Shown one piece after another: positions 50,971 through 64,000 of a stretch of DNA of 64,000 nucleotides (positions are counted from its first letter, which is position 1; each line of letters starts with the position of its first letter). The DNA is from Eledone cirrhosa (lineage: Eukaryota): assembly GCA_964016885.1 (NCBI GenBank), contig OZ024740.1:354516001-354580000 (forward strand). Direction: 5' to 3'. The translations under genes and the position numbers were made by a program. The notes under the pieces are model-generated. The model worked only from the letters and a program-made list of their open reading frames with translations. It was not told the DNA's origin and searched no databases.

Positions 50971-51308
50971 ACTGGTATTTTATGCTCTCTGATTAACAAA
51001 ACAACTCTGACTACACATTATTACCTACATATCAAATAATACTATTCCCAGGTGTGGGCACTGGCATTTTATGCTCTCTGATTTACAAAGCAGTAAAATC
51101 CAAATAAACCAGTGTTATTTGGTCGGCAAAAATAATACATGTAATTCAATCAATGAAATATGTTTTATGCCATTAGGAAGGAAAGAAGTCTTGTGTTTAG
51201 GACAGAATCCATCATCAGAGACAGTGAAAAAGGAAATGTTACTTTGGACTTGGTTATGTTCGATTCAAAATTTGTATTATACTCAAAATACTTCGATTTG
51301 ATAATTCC

Positions 51309-51534
51309 TTAACTCTTTAGCATTTAAACCACCCATATCTGGCCAGAATTCTCTCACCTATTTCTGTTCAAACCAGCCATAACCAGCCACTCGTACTAAT
51401 GTTAAGTTATTATTCTCAAAATAAATATCAAAATCTCATAGATTCAATATTATTTGGGATAATTATGTGAGGTAAAGCCTTTACTGTGAAAATACAATAG
51501 TAAATATAGAGTAATGTAAATGCTAAAGGGTTAA
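51309..51534. mobile_element. piggyBac-type TTAA MITE
   Basis: TTAACTCTTTAGCATTTA...TAAATGCTAAAGGGTTAA. Confidence 0.85.
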
Positions 51535-51844
51535 GTGAATAACTGTAGAGTAGAAATTAAGCTTATGTATTTCATTTTTAATTGCAAATATTTCTTTTTT
51601 CATTTATGACTATTTACACCAAACAGTGTCATATTTAGTATATTATATACTCATGCTGTCAATAATGATGGCAATAGTGCTGAGCATATTTAACATTTTT
51701 AGTCCAGGATTGGTGTACCATATATACCAGAATTACTGGATATATGAGCAATCATAAAAACTGGGAAATTTGTGTTTTGATAAATTAATGGTTTGCATAA
51801 GAGAAACCCTATAGTTTGTGTTGATTACTGATATGTGGAAGTGA

Positions 51845-52020
51845 TTAACCTTTTAGCATTCACATTACTCTGTATTTACTATATCTATTTTCATGGTAAA
51901 GGCTTTATCTCACATAATATTGAATCTACGAGATTTTGATATTATTTATTTTGAGAACAATACCTTAACATAATTATGAGCAGCCAGTTATGGCTGGTTT
52001 AAATGCTAATGGAATGTTAA
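51845..52020. mobile_element. piggyBac-type TTAA MITE (internally deleted)
   Basis: Same family, in opposite orientation to 51309-51534. Confidence 0.7.
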
Positions 52021-52321
52021 CATATGAAAATGTACAAATAACATAGATGATTAAATGTATGAATTACTTTGGAGAAATAACCATTTACAAGGACAAATAA
52101 ATGTAGGGTTAGAATCCATTGGAAAGCAAACTTCTCTTATTGTAGCTATATGACTGAGATAGGAAATGCATTCTTACATACATAAATATATAAATATATA
52201 AACATACATGGCATGTTATTAAAATTGCTTACCATTGATGAACAGGATATTGTTTACCATTGATGAACAGGCCAATCACTGTTACATTAGAGACAACAAC
52301 AACAACAAATGCCTGTAACTT

Positions 52322-53600
52322 AATTGTTTCTACTTTCGGCACAAGGAATGCAAAGTAGGGGTGTATAAAAGATGTGGGATCACAGGTAAGATAACTAAGA
52401 ATATAGATTTTATATGTGGCCGGTGCTCTGGTGCAATAAGTAGCAGCAAATGCCCACAGAATACTAGCTCCTTCCATTGCCCAGATGGTTCTATAGAAAT
52501 AGTGGACACCTTCTGTTACCTGGGTGACAAAATCAGCAGTTGGGGAGGGTGTTCTGAAAGTACAGTAGCTAGAGTCAGAACGGAATGGAAAAAGTTATAC
52601 CACTAATGGCCGCTAAAGGTTTCTCTCTAAAAATAAAAGGCAGGCTGTATGATGCCTGCATACGAACAGCAATGTTACATGGCAGTGAGACGTGGGCCTT
52701 GTGTGCAGAGGATATACGCAGACTGGAGAGGAACGAAGCTTGCATGCTCCGCTGGATGTGTAATAGTAATATACGTGAACGGCAAAGCATAAACGAACTG
52801 AGGGAGAAATTAGGAATAAGAGGGATCAGATGTTGTTTACTCGAGAGAAGACTACGTTGGTACGGTCACGTGATGCGCATGAAAGATGACAGCTGTATAA
52901 AAAAGTGCAGGGCGATCAAAATAGATGGTAGCCACAGAGTAGGCAGACCCAGAAAAACCTGGGACGACTTGATAAAATCCGACCTCACACACTTACACCT
53001 CTCCAAGACAATGTCACTGGACCAAGATCTTTGGCGCTACGTAGTAATACAGAAGACCCGCCTTGCCTAAGTACAAAGCGAAACCTACAGTCAGTAGGCA
53101 CCGCTTAACCAAAATACACCCCTGTCCCACTAACCCTACCCCACCGCCATCTACACCACCCCTTTCGATGTAAAGCTATGTTGGTACCACAACATCCAGT
53201 CCTAAATAAATGAGGTCGTGTAGGTGTCACGACAAAAAAACACACAGTCCACGCTGTAATGTGACCGTGTAGGTAACACGGTAAAAACCTCCCAGTCCAC
53301 ACTGTAAACGTGGTTGGTGTTAGGAAGGGCATCCAGTCGTAGAAAACCCACCAGACAGTCCTGAGCAAGACAACCAATCTTGCCTCAAGTGGGACAATTC
53401 CCGTCCAGACCCATGCTAGCGTGGAAAATGGACGTTAAACGATGATGATGATGATGATGATTACTGGTACTTTATTTTATCGACCTCGTAAGGATGAAAG
53501 GCAAAGTTAACCTTGGCGGGATTTGAACTCAGATCGTAAAGGGACGTAACTATGCTGGAAAGCATATCCAACTCTCTACCAATTCTGCCAATCCACTGCC
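52322..53600 (-). mobile_element. SINE S1 split by an RTE insertion
   Basis: SINE pieces at 52322-52346 and 53460-53600, with outer TSD TGCCTGTAACTTAAT. Confidence 0.8.
52347..53460 (+). mobile_element. RTE LINE, 5'-truncated copy
   Basis: Begins inside the PHD and includes ORF 52585-53070, the UTR and a (GAT)n tail. Confidence 0.92.
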
Positions 53601-56184
53601 AGTGCCTGTAACTTAATGTACAACAAATATTTCAGGGGACTTCATTTATGAAGCAGTTTTTATTTTCAATGTTTATATCTTTTTCAAGTATACATCAGTA
53701 AAATCTACTTTCACTCATGCATACACAAGTACAAAGGTTTCTGTGCAGTCTCCATCTTACAAATTTTACTCACAAACTAATGATCAGCCAAGTCTATAGT
53801 AAAAAACAGTTGCACAAGGTACTACAAAATGGAACTGCGCCCAGAACCACATGATTTCAAAGAAAACTTCTTAGCCACATAGCCTTGTTTCTGCCCTTAT
53901 ATAAGGAAATCATCATCATCATTTAATATCCATTTTCTCTGTTAGCATATTCCATTTAATGATGCCCGTAATAAAATTAACTTCCTTGTTATTAACTCTT
54001 AACATCTAGTACTACGTGAAATTGCATTAGCAAGACATTCTTAAATAGTTCAAAGCAATACTATGATTGCACCACATTAAAAATTTAAATCTTTACTTTA
54101 GTTTACTGCTAATTTTCACAATGATCTGTCCACTCGTAAAAATACTATAAACATTTGAATGAACAAGCTCATTTTTAGACATTTTCTGCAAAATCATTAC
54201 AGGACAATAAGAACTAAGTTGGTGTTTGGAACATAACTTAAATTTTCTTCCATAAAATTATGATGGGAGGTTTTTAGATAAATATAAACACTTTAAAATT
54301 GCTAGTTAAGTTATGTATCATAGAATTAGGCATGGTTTCAGGTGGTTTGGTATCAAAAGGTTTAAATATATGTAATTTTGTTTTATTACTTTTTAATCCT
54401 TTTGACACCAGCCTGTCCAAAATTGCCTCTGGTTCCATTTTAAAGGGTGCCTATTGAAATTAAAATCTTTTAACATAATTTTATATAAAAATTATATGTA
54501 AAATTACTATCTTAGTAATGAAATAATTAATAATTTTAGTAAATCCCTCAAAGCTCTTTATTAAATAATTAAAATAGAGTGTATTTCATTAGATATATAG
54601 TCATAAAATGGTTAAACAGCATTCTGTGCAAGCTTTCAAAGTCAATGTGAAAGCTATTAAATAATGAGAGCCTAGAAGAATTTACATCACCCATGCTTAT
54701 GCATCAGTGTAATTATCATTATATCATAAGCCATCTGGAATTTATCAGCCTTCATGCAAATACTGTTATGGGAGGACTGTTTTGTCGGGTCAAAGACAAG
54801 ACAACTATCCTAGTGTTGGTGATTTACATGATAAACACATCCAGTACATGCTGTAAAGTGGTTGGTGATAGGAAGGGAATCCAGCTGAAAAAAATCTTGC
54901 CAAACAAAGAGTTGGGAGGACCCTCAGTCATATCAAAGGCCTGATAACCTCTCCAGTGTATTTGGGGAGTATACATAAATGAGACACAGATCCTTGGTCT
55001 GTCTAGGAAATCAGTGATTCTGTTTCAATATTGATTTGGTCTATATGAACCCATCCAACCCTTACTAGCAGGAAAAATGAATGTTAAAATGACGATGATG
55101 ACAATGATGATAGCTTTGTATTTGTTGATAGAAAAAAAGAATTGAGCCGATCATCAGATGAGCCAAAAACATTAAGTTTTCATTGGTCTTTCCATTGTTG
55201 ATATTATCTGCCAGTTGCAACTTATGGCAGAAGGAGGTAAGATTTGAATTCAGCATATACAGGGGAGGGGGGGGGGCAGACAGAGGAATTGAGAAAGAGA
55301 TATAAAGGAACAACCCCAGTATTAGGCTGGTACTTAATATATTGACCATGAAATTACTGAAAGGCAAAGTTTGACCTCAAACCCTAGAGAGTCAGAATGA
55401 ATATTGCAAAGTATTCTATCCGACATTCTAATGACTTTACCAATTCACCACCTTTCAGCTAAATCATTACAGAATGTTAAATCTTTGGCTTTGTGTATTG
55501 TTGAAAAAAGCAATGGCAAGGCATTCCTAGAGATCCTATGATACCAATGAACATTCTTTCAGATGAAATCTTTAAAGGGATGGGATGAGACTTTTTTTCT
55601 TCTTTTTTGCTTTCTTCATGATGAGTAATCTTGTAAGTGAATATCTTTAGCTATATTATCCATTATCCATTCAAAGCTGTAGATAAATTCTTTATTGATA
55701 GGCAAGGAGAGCTGTTTCAGATTTCAGGGATAAGAAAGAATGAAAAATCAGTTTGTTGTCAAATCAGAAAACAGAGATTCAGGTGAAAATGTAGCTTTGT
55801 TTTAATATCATTAGAAGAGATGATAAATGATGATATATTTTCTATCAAAAGTGTGTATGTGTGTGTTTGTGTTACTCTTAGCATTAGAAAGTCAAACTAG
55901 AGGCTTTACAATATATTTCAGCATCTGACAGTTTGAGTACAAATCTCACCAAGCTGAATTTTACTGTTCATCTCTCTCTGCCACTGATAATATATTGTAG
56001 ATGGATTATGTAGAGAGGAATATGCGATATGGTCAACTGTTTCACCCACTTCAGTTCTATGCTAAGCTATGACTGAAGCCCTAACTTAAGATTACTAATA
56101 ATGTACTAGGTTTTCATTAATTGAAACAAATGACACCACTCATCAACTAGGAACAGGCCCATCATCAGTCTTTGGTGCTTCAAA

Positions 56185-56322
56185 ATATTCTGGGTGGACA
56201 TTCTAATTTTGAATTAACACTCTAATTTTGAGTGGGCACTCAAATTTTGTGTGGACATGCCAATTCTAGATGGACATTCTAATTTTGAGTGGACACTCTA
56301 ATTTTGGGTGGACATTTTAATT
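56185..56322. repeat. ~19-bp minisatellite (CTAATTTTGAGTGGACACT)
   Basis: About seven imperfect tandem units. Confidence 0.8.
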
Positions 56323-57904
56323 CCCTATGAAATTTTTTTACCAGCTTCTTTGTTTAACTCTTTTGTTTGTTTTTAGAATTATTTTGGTTCTTTGTTCTTG
56401 TTTTAGGAAGAAAAATCAACTCCAAGGAACATATTTCAGAACATTTTTTATAAACTCTATTTTCTAAATCTGTGGGGGATACCATTGAGAAGTAGGGGTG
56501 AGGGGGTAGTGTCATCTAGTGCTCCCACTCGCCTTGGGAGTCATTTACTTCCCTTCACAATGACAGCAGGAAGACTAACAAAAAAGTAAAGAATACTTTT
56601 ATGTACCACATAACATGTAAGCTCCCTTCACTTCCTAATTTTCAACTGGAATTTCTGGACCTTTGCCTTGAGGATCTCTACAAGCTTTGCAGAACCCTCA
56701 TACCTCTCACTCCTCAATCTCTATGCATAAAGCCACCACATTTATTGTCTGTTCATATATTTCCTGGAGATGTTGACCTACTGATGTTCATATAATGGTC
56801 ATATTTGATAGAATCAACAATATTTGTTGCAGCACTTGGTTCTCTCAGTTCAAACCACCCTCAGCTCAACTTTGCCTTTCATCTTTTCCAGGTCAATAAA
56901 TAAATACTAGTCCCAGGGAAGGGCAATAGAGATTGGCATAGCTGAAGAAATGTCAGAAAAGATGCCTTGAGGTGTCTGATCAAGTTCTGTGCATTCTGAG
57001 TTCAAATCCCACTCCTTCTGCCAGCAGATAATACCAACAACAGAAAGACTACTAGAAACATCATTTCCTTCATTCTAACTGACAATCAGCTCCTTTCCTT
57101 TCTTTCACATTAATTATATCTCTTCCTGTCATTACTATCTCTGTTTCATTATTCTCTCTCCTCCGTACTCTGTTTCTCCAATCACCTATTCACCCTGTTT
57201 CTTCCATTACATCCTGCTATTACTGTTTCTTTTCCATTACTTTCTGCTCTGCCACTCTTTCACCCAATCTCTCTCTCCCATCCTACTCTCATGCTGTTCA
57301 TCCACTCACCCTCACTCTTCCTTGGTCATTATTTTCTCTTCTGTTCATCCTCTTCGTTACATGCCTTAAATGCATGGTCACAGCATAGGGAAGTGAGTAC
57401 TCTTTGGTCTAATGAGATACAAAGCAAACTCACTAGTGTTGGTGCCACAATAAAATGAAGTCAGTACACTCTGTAAAGTAGTTAACAATTGAGAGGAGAC
57501 AGCATAGGGATAAGAGGACCTTTCAGTTTTGTTGAGGACATGATAAGCTCTCTAATGCTAGTTCTATAACAAAATACACTCAGTACACTCTGTAAATTGT
57601 AATTGATCTTAGTAAGGACATCTAGCCATAGAAATTATACCAAAAGTAGAATCCATCTAGTAGGGCAGTAACATGAAATAAAAAGTTATTCCACCTGTGA
57701 CAACCTTGCTGGCATGGAAAGTGAAAGTAAAAGGTTATGATGACAACATTAATGAGATGGTGGGTGGATGATTTCTCAGGGATGTCCTCCCCCTACTGCC
57801 CAGCAAGCAACATATAAGCTACACTCTCCCATTTTTTGACACTTCCCCTCATCTTCATCAATGCCTCCACAGCCTGAATATCTTAGTGTTGTAATAGAGT
57901 AGTG

Positions 57905-58290
57905 ATGGTACACAGTCCATCCAGTAAGGTGACAGTGCTGGTGTCATAATAAAAAGCACCCAGTCAACCCAGTAAAGTAATAATGCTGGTACCATGATAA
58001 AAAGCACCCAGTCTATCCAGTAAGGTGATAGTGCTGGTACCATAATAAAAAGAACTGAGTTTGCACTGTAAGGCAGTAGTGCAGGTGCTACCACAAAAAG
58101 TACCCAATTCACTCAGAATCACATTAAAATGCTCCCAGTACATGCTGTAAAGTAAATGTTAAGAAGTACATCCAGTTTTAGAAACCAATCCTAAAATGGA
58201 GCATATGAGCAGAATATAGTCACCTGACCAATCCAGTCTCAATATGTGACAGCCTGTCTAATCTATGCACGCATGAAAAATAGGCATTAA
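57905..58290 (+). repeat. Array of ~42-bp RTE/SINE-tail subrepeats with a decayed RTE tail
   Basis: Units such as cagtc..cccagtaaggtgatagtgctggtaccatgataaaaagcacc, followed by the RTE terminal motif and (TGA)n. Confidence 0.7.
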
Positions 58291-58903
58291 ATGATGATGG
58301 TGATGACAAGGTTAGAAATTCTCAAAGAAGAAAATATAATCTAATCTCTTAGACTAACCAAAGACTTTACTAATCCTGATACCCCAACCTTTGGTAATGA
58401 AAATCAAGGTCAAAACCAAGTGGGTTTTTTCAAGACAATGAATTTAAACTGCTTAGGTTTCCAGTCTGATTCACATAATACTCAACAGACACACAAGTGG
58501 AATAATCATAATCTTGTTAGCAATTTTGTTTTCTATTGTTTGCTTGTTTGTTTGTTTTTTGTTTTTCTTCTATAAAAACTGAAATCAAGGTGGATAAAAT
58601 CAAAATAAATAATAACATATATAGTTTCATGTCACTAAGTAGTTACACACAAAGGGAAATCCAAATGGCTGACAAAACATAAATCAATAGAAACCTATGT
58701 AGAGAAAAGAATAAAATAAATGCAGACTATAGCATTTTAATACTTTTTTTTTCAGCTATTACAGCAAAGAACTTCTTCTTCTCCTCCCCCTTCTTCTTCT
58801 TCACCTTCTTCTTTCACTTTTTTATATGTCATTAGCATGTAACTTTAGTGAAGAATTCTGTTTTTTTTTCTTTTTTGTTGCTTTTTCTTGTTTATTTATC
58901 TAC

Positions 58904-59020
58904 CCACCACCACCATTTTTATCACCACTACCACCACCATCATTATCACCATCAGCTCCACCATTACCACCACCACCACCACCACCACCACCACCACCAC
59001 CACTATCATTATCACCATCT
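58904..59020. repeat. (CAC)n/(CAT)n trinucleotide tract
   Basis: Directly visible. Confidence 0.9.
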
Positions 59021-60299
59021 CAACCTCTATCATCAACTCTACTATTGCTTATTACTGTACAGATCAAGGTGGAATTGAAATCTGGAATTAAAAGCTACAT
59101 TAAAAGCTATATAAAACTTTATCAGTTATAAGGTTAGTTTCACATGTTATTATCTAGTTGGGAACCTTGGTGATATAAGCTGAAACCTAATTGAAAAGCC
59201 TGAGACAATTAGCTTTAGGTATGTTGTCAAGGAGACAAAACAATAACTCACCAACCATGCACTAAAGATGAATATCTAATCAATAATATTGAATATAGAC
59301 AACTCATTAGTCATGAGGATTAATTCCAAACAAAATTAATTAGAGGTAACCAACGAGTGGTAGACATTAAGCTCTTGTGAAACCTGTGTCAATTTCCATT
59401 TAATGTAAGGGGATACATTTTTGGTTTTATTTTTGTTTTTACTTGATAGAGCTAGAGGAAAGTGCAACATGGCTGGCCTTCAACAGGCCTATCACAAATG
59501 ATGAAGAGAGATGGGGGTCACTGGATGGCTACATGGTACATAAAAACATTGAATATGTTTTTGGTGGTCTGTAGGCATTGTGGTGGTGAATAAATGACTC
59601 CCAGTTGGGGTCCTTCCTACCCCGTTGCAAAGGAGGGGCAAACACTAGATGGCACTGTGTCCCTCCTCTTACCCTCCTATGGTTCACTCTTAAATTTTAA
59701 AAATAGTGTTAATAAAAAATGTCCTGAAATACATTCCTTGAATTCAGAGTACCCACCCATAATGTTGGCCAGAAAACTTAGCATTTTATAGAGAATTAGT
59801 GGAGGGTATCAGTAATGATGGTCTGAGAACGGTTCTGAGTGGTAGCAATGTGAGTCTGAGCTAACACTCCATGAGGAATCTCAGGCTGGGGATTATGGAT
59901 ATTTTCCCAAAATCCATGACATGGCAGTGCAACATGTGGGTATTACCAGTTTGTGATAAGCTCTACAGGCACAGAAGTGCCAACAGTCAAACCAATCCAA
60001 GATGTGTTACAGAAGCAATAAAACCATCTTATAAATTATCTCTCAGTGTCAGTGCATTGCAGACTTGCAAACAGCTCCTTTCATGTGTAGGAAAGATCTG
60101 GCAAACATTGATCATTGCAAACATTGCAAACAGCTGCTTTCATGTGTAGGAAAGATTAGCTTTGCCTTTCATCTTTATGGGGATCAATAAAATAAAGTAC
60201 CAGTAACACACTTGGGTTGATTTAATTGATTTTCCTCTTCCCCCAGAAAATAGTTGACCTTGCACCTAAATCAGAAAACATTATTATTTTTGTTGTTGA

Positions 60300-60480
60300 G
60301 GGCGGTGGAGTTGCAGTATCAGTAGAGCATAAGACAATATGCTTTACGGCTTAGAGTTACAGTCCTTTACATTCTGATTTCAAATCCTGCTGAGATCAAT
60401 TTTGCCTTTCATCCCTATGAAGTCAATGAAACAAAGTCCTCGAAATTGTTGGCTTTGTGCCTAAATCGGAAATCATTATT
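60300..60480 (+). mobile_element. tRNA-derived SINE, family S1 (diverged)
   Basis: GGGCGGTGGAGTTGCAGTATCAGTAG head and central domain. A partial inverted copy follows at 60521-60589. Confidence 0.7.
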
Positions 60481-61091
60481 ATTTTAATAAATAAATAAGA
60501 AACGATAAAGAAACCATTAATAATTGTTTCTACTTTAGGCACAAGGCCAGCAATTACCCAGTGCATTACTGGTACTTTATTTTATCGACTAATGACTCCC
60601 AGCAACAAAGCCTCTCATTCTGAGTTCCTGTATAGTTTTGCAAATTTTTCTAATTTTTTCCCTTTTTTAGGCGATTGTTGTATTGTTAGAAATGTTTCTT
60701 TGGTCAAGTTCCCATCAACCTTTTCAAGTTTCTCTTGGAAAAAAGGTGGGTATGAGGAGAAGGGGTGCTTTCCTCGAGTAAATTAGTGAAAAGCTTAGTG
60801 GAAGTAGTAGAAATAGCAAGAATAAATGGTTCAATTCCCAATAAACTGGAGAACAACAATTGGGAGAGGGCATTCTTTTTTTTTCTGAGGGGGTGGGGTA
60901 GAAGTCATGGTGATCCTGGTTCTGTAGGGTTTTTTGATTAGCCCTAGGTAGAGGTCCTCAAGTATAAGAGGGACTGCATTCCTTATTTGTATGCTATATA
61001 TACTTTTTGTGCACATTCTTTTAATTTCACACTTTATATAATCATCTTTGTAATATCCCCTTCATTCAACAGATCGGTAACAAAAAAAAAA

Positions 61092-61240
61092 ATTATTATT
61101 ATTATTATCATCATCATAATCATCTTTACTACTACTGCTGCTGCTACTACTGCTGCTGCTACTACTGCTGCTACTACTGCTACTGCTATGGCTACTGCTA
61201 CTATTACTACTGCTGCTTCTGCTGCTACTACTACTACTAA
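61092..61240. repeat. Compound trinucleotide tract (ATT/CAT/TAC/TGC)
   Basis: Directly visible. Confidence 0.9.
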
Positions 61241-61784
61241 GCAAAGTACACAGCAAAGTACAACTGCACATGTACACCCATTCACACACACATATATATA
61301 TGCACATACCCCCACACACACCTCATAAGCAGGACTCCAATCAACTAGGAAGGCTGAATGAGAAAAATATCATAAAGTCTTCAAGTATGTCATTGCTAGT
61401 GGGTAAGTGATGGTATAGGTGTGTTGTTAACCTAAGATAATTGAACTTTTGTTCTATGGGTATAGGTCATTGCAACCACACATGCTGACCTTTTGGCCTC
61501 ATAGATACGTGCGTGAATCAGCTGAAAAGTTTATAGGCTGACCAAGATACATACATGGAATTACCAAATGAGGTATTTTTCAACCTAATCATTTGAAAGA
61601 AACAATGTAGTTATTAATAAGAAAAGTTGAAATTAATGCATGAAAGATTTCACAGCACTAGCGTCACTCCTTCATAGTCAGCAAATGAATTTTTCAGCTG
61701 ACCCTTGTATTTACTTCCTTTGTTTTGGGATTCATGTCACCAAATTGTCTTGAGGAATGGCTTTCTAGAAGCCATCTGCTAATT

Positions 61785-62290
61785 CATCATCATCATCATC
61801 ATCATCATCATTTTTATGTCTGTTTTTCCCCGCTTGCATGGTTTGGACAGGTCCTTTTCAGCACAGCATCTCTACACTCATTGTATTCTTTTGTCATCAT
61901 CTCTGTGCATCTCAGCCATTTGATGGCTCACAACCTCTGCCCAAGTCTTTCTTGGTCTACCTCTACTGTGGCTTCTTTCCACTGGGATTTCCTGGCACTT
62001 CTTTACCTAAAGATTATTGTCCATGTGCATCACATGTCCATACCAATTCAGTCTTCTCTCCTACACACCACATAGGATTCCTCTTAAACCCAGTTTATCC
62101 TTTCTCTCACACTTACATTGCACATCTAATGAAGCATGGTTGTTTCACTACCATGCAGCATCACACTTCACACACAGGCATCATACAGACATCCTTTTGT
62201 ACACAGGGAAAAACCTTTTATGGTCAAAGTAGGAGTATCTCGCTAAACTTTTTTCACCCTATCCCTATTCAAGCTATCGTACTTCCAGAG
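61785..62290 (-). mobile_element. Old RTE LINE 3' fragment
   Basis: Degenerate RIGWKKF...MLHGSET...RRLNWYGHVMHM...GRPRKTW, with a (TGA)n tail. Confidence 0.75.
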
Positions 62291-64000
62291 AGAGATTTGT
62301 TCATTTGTAGTTCAACAAAACAACATGTTGGACACCATGTGGTTTCAGCAATGAAATGGTCTGTATAATTTATGATCAATATCTCCTCTTATTCCAAAGA
62401 ATTCTACCCTGATGATAAAACAAGTTCTTCCAATATTATTTATTTCAATTATTTGAAATGGGTGGTATTGTTTCTTGTTTATGAAACCATGGTAGGGAGA
62501 CGTTTATATGAGTGAGACTAACTTATTTTAGTCTGTCTGACTTATATTCCCCTAAATAGGTTTTTTGGGGGGGTGGGGGGGATTGCTTTTTGGCATAAAT
62601 ATAAAATTGCTTCTCTGTATATTTTATCCATTCATTAAGATGTCTAAGTATTGGAGACAAATCACTTTTTAATTTATATATATAAGCAAATACACTAAAT
62701 TTGGCTTAGATTGCCATGTATAGTACTATTAAAAATCTTACTGATCTTGTAGCTTACTAAAAACAAAATGGTTAGATTGAGCTACTATTTTAGGACATAT
62801 GAAATAGAAATTACTGTAATGAAAAAAATTAAATTATTTTTTATTATGAAATAGTTGTAAATTATGTAACTTGCTTGATGAGTTGAAGAAACAAAACAGA
62901 GTAATATACATTGTTTAGGGACAATACATCCTCTTAAAATCAATGGTTTACATAGAAGACTCACTTAAAATAATATGTGCTCAAAACCTTAGAATTGAGT
63001 GCCTTCTCCTCAAGGACCCACAAACATATTCTATTTTGTGAACTTGATTTCAATATAAGTTTTAATGCCTTAACATTTATCCTGCTTCTGCACAGGATCC
63101 ACTCATCATACATCACCTTTTTGCATCAATATGCAATTTAGATTTAATTGTTTATAGACATTTTTAATAGTCCATTAAAATTTTATTGAAATGATATCAT
63201 GTCCCAAAATATCAGAATTTATTTAATTCTCTAAATGTGCCAAAATTCAAGTCCCTATGACTTGTACTTTTAGATTTAGCTAGGTCTGAAAACCCATGTA
63301 AAGCTTATGCTCACGTTGCAAAATTGATTGTTTGTTACATGCAACAAAATACATGCAACAAAATAGAATTTACATAAATATTTTTTAAATTACCCCCCCC
63401 AAATTTCATTTTGAAGACCCTGAAAAAAATAGACAACTGTTATCCAATGGACACTATTAATTTGTGTAATTTGAAGATGATTATCATCTCAGTTTCAAAG
63501 GTATGACATCACAAATATGGCTAATTCGACAAGATTTCAACCAATTTGCTGACCATACAAATCGTCATATTTCCTAAACTATTCATCAAATTTCACAAAT
63601 GATGTATCAAAATGTTTCGTTTTTGATGTTCTTCAAGTAAAAATATTATAGAAGTTAGATTATAATATTTTCAAACATTCATAATGATACTTATTTAGAT
63701 ACAACAATAAGCTGAAGAATAATATCAAGCATGTTGGAACACAAGCATCAGAATTTGAGGAATGTGCTGTTAATTGCAATAGGTGGAGGGAAATCTGTCA
63801 AGATGGCATCAGAAGCCATGTCAACTCAAAGATTGAGCACCTAGATAATCTAAGGCAAGGTCAGGGGAATGCTGTTTCTGTTCAATAATTTGTGTGTGAA
63901 AGATGCGGTCTGGTTTCCAAGGACAGGGCCTGTTTTGTGTCTCACAGGAGATACAAACACTAAAATATGGAGTAAAGAGAAAGTAAATTCTTTTGGCCTT

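Noticed and set aside
57905-58145. CRISPR-like array
   Set aside because: The units are contiguous tandem repeats without unique spacers, they match retroelement tails, and the context is eukaryotic with no cas genes.

Overview
This is AT-rich eukaryotic DNA, not prokaryotic. The SINE/LINE/microsatellite repertoire looks like a cephalopod (octopus-like) genome, which is my inference. I found no host-gene exon that I can support. The window is a nested collection of retroelements. It holds many RTE-clade LINE copies, including a near-full-length one at 41952-45621 that is broken by a single nonsense codon and carries a PHD finger inside its RT. It also holds a decayed full-length Tx1/L1-clade LINE, two CRE-clade (RLE) fragments and two distinct Penelope-like (GIY-YIG) families, one of them Naiad-like. 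Smaller repeats include a bipartite non-autonomous RTE, two tRNA-derived SINE families, TTAA (piggyBac-type) and hAT-like MITEs, a possible Helentron-type element, a possible solo LTR and many (TA)n/(TG)n/(CAT)n tracts. The most notable hidden signal is a dense set of type I minimal hammerhead ribozyme motifs (over a dozen, in several sequence families) inside Penelope-type pLTRs. One family has a consistent CAGAAGA core variant, and several copies end in fold-back palindromes centred on ribozyme stems. Most short ORFs in the track are microsatellite or antisense artefacts. Element boundaries were read by eye and are approximate.
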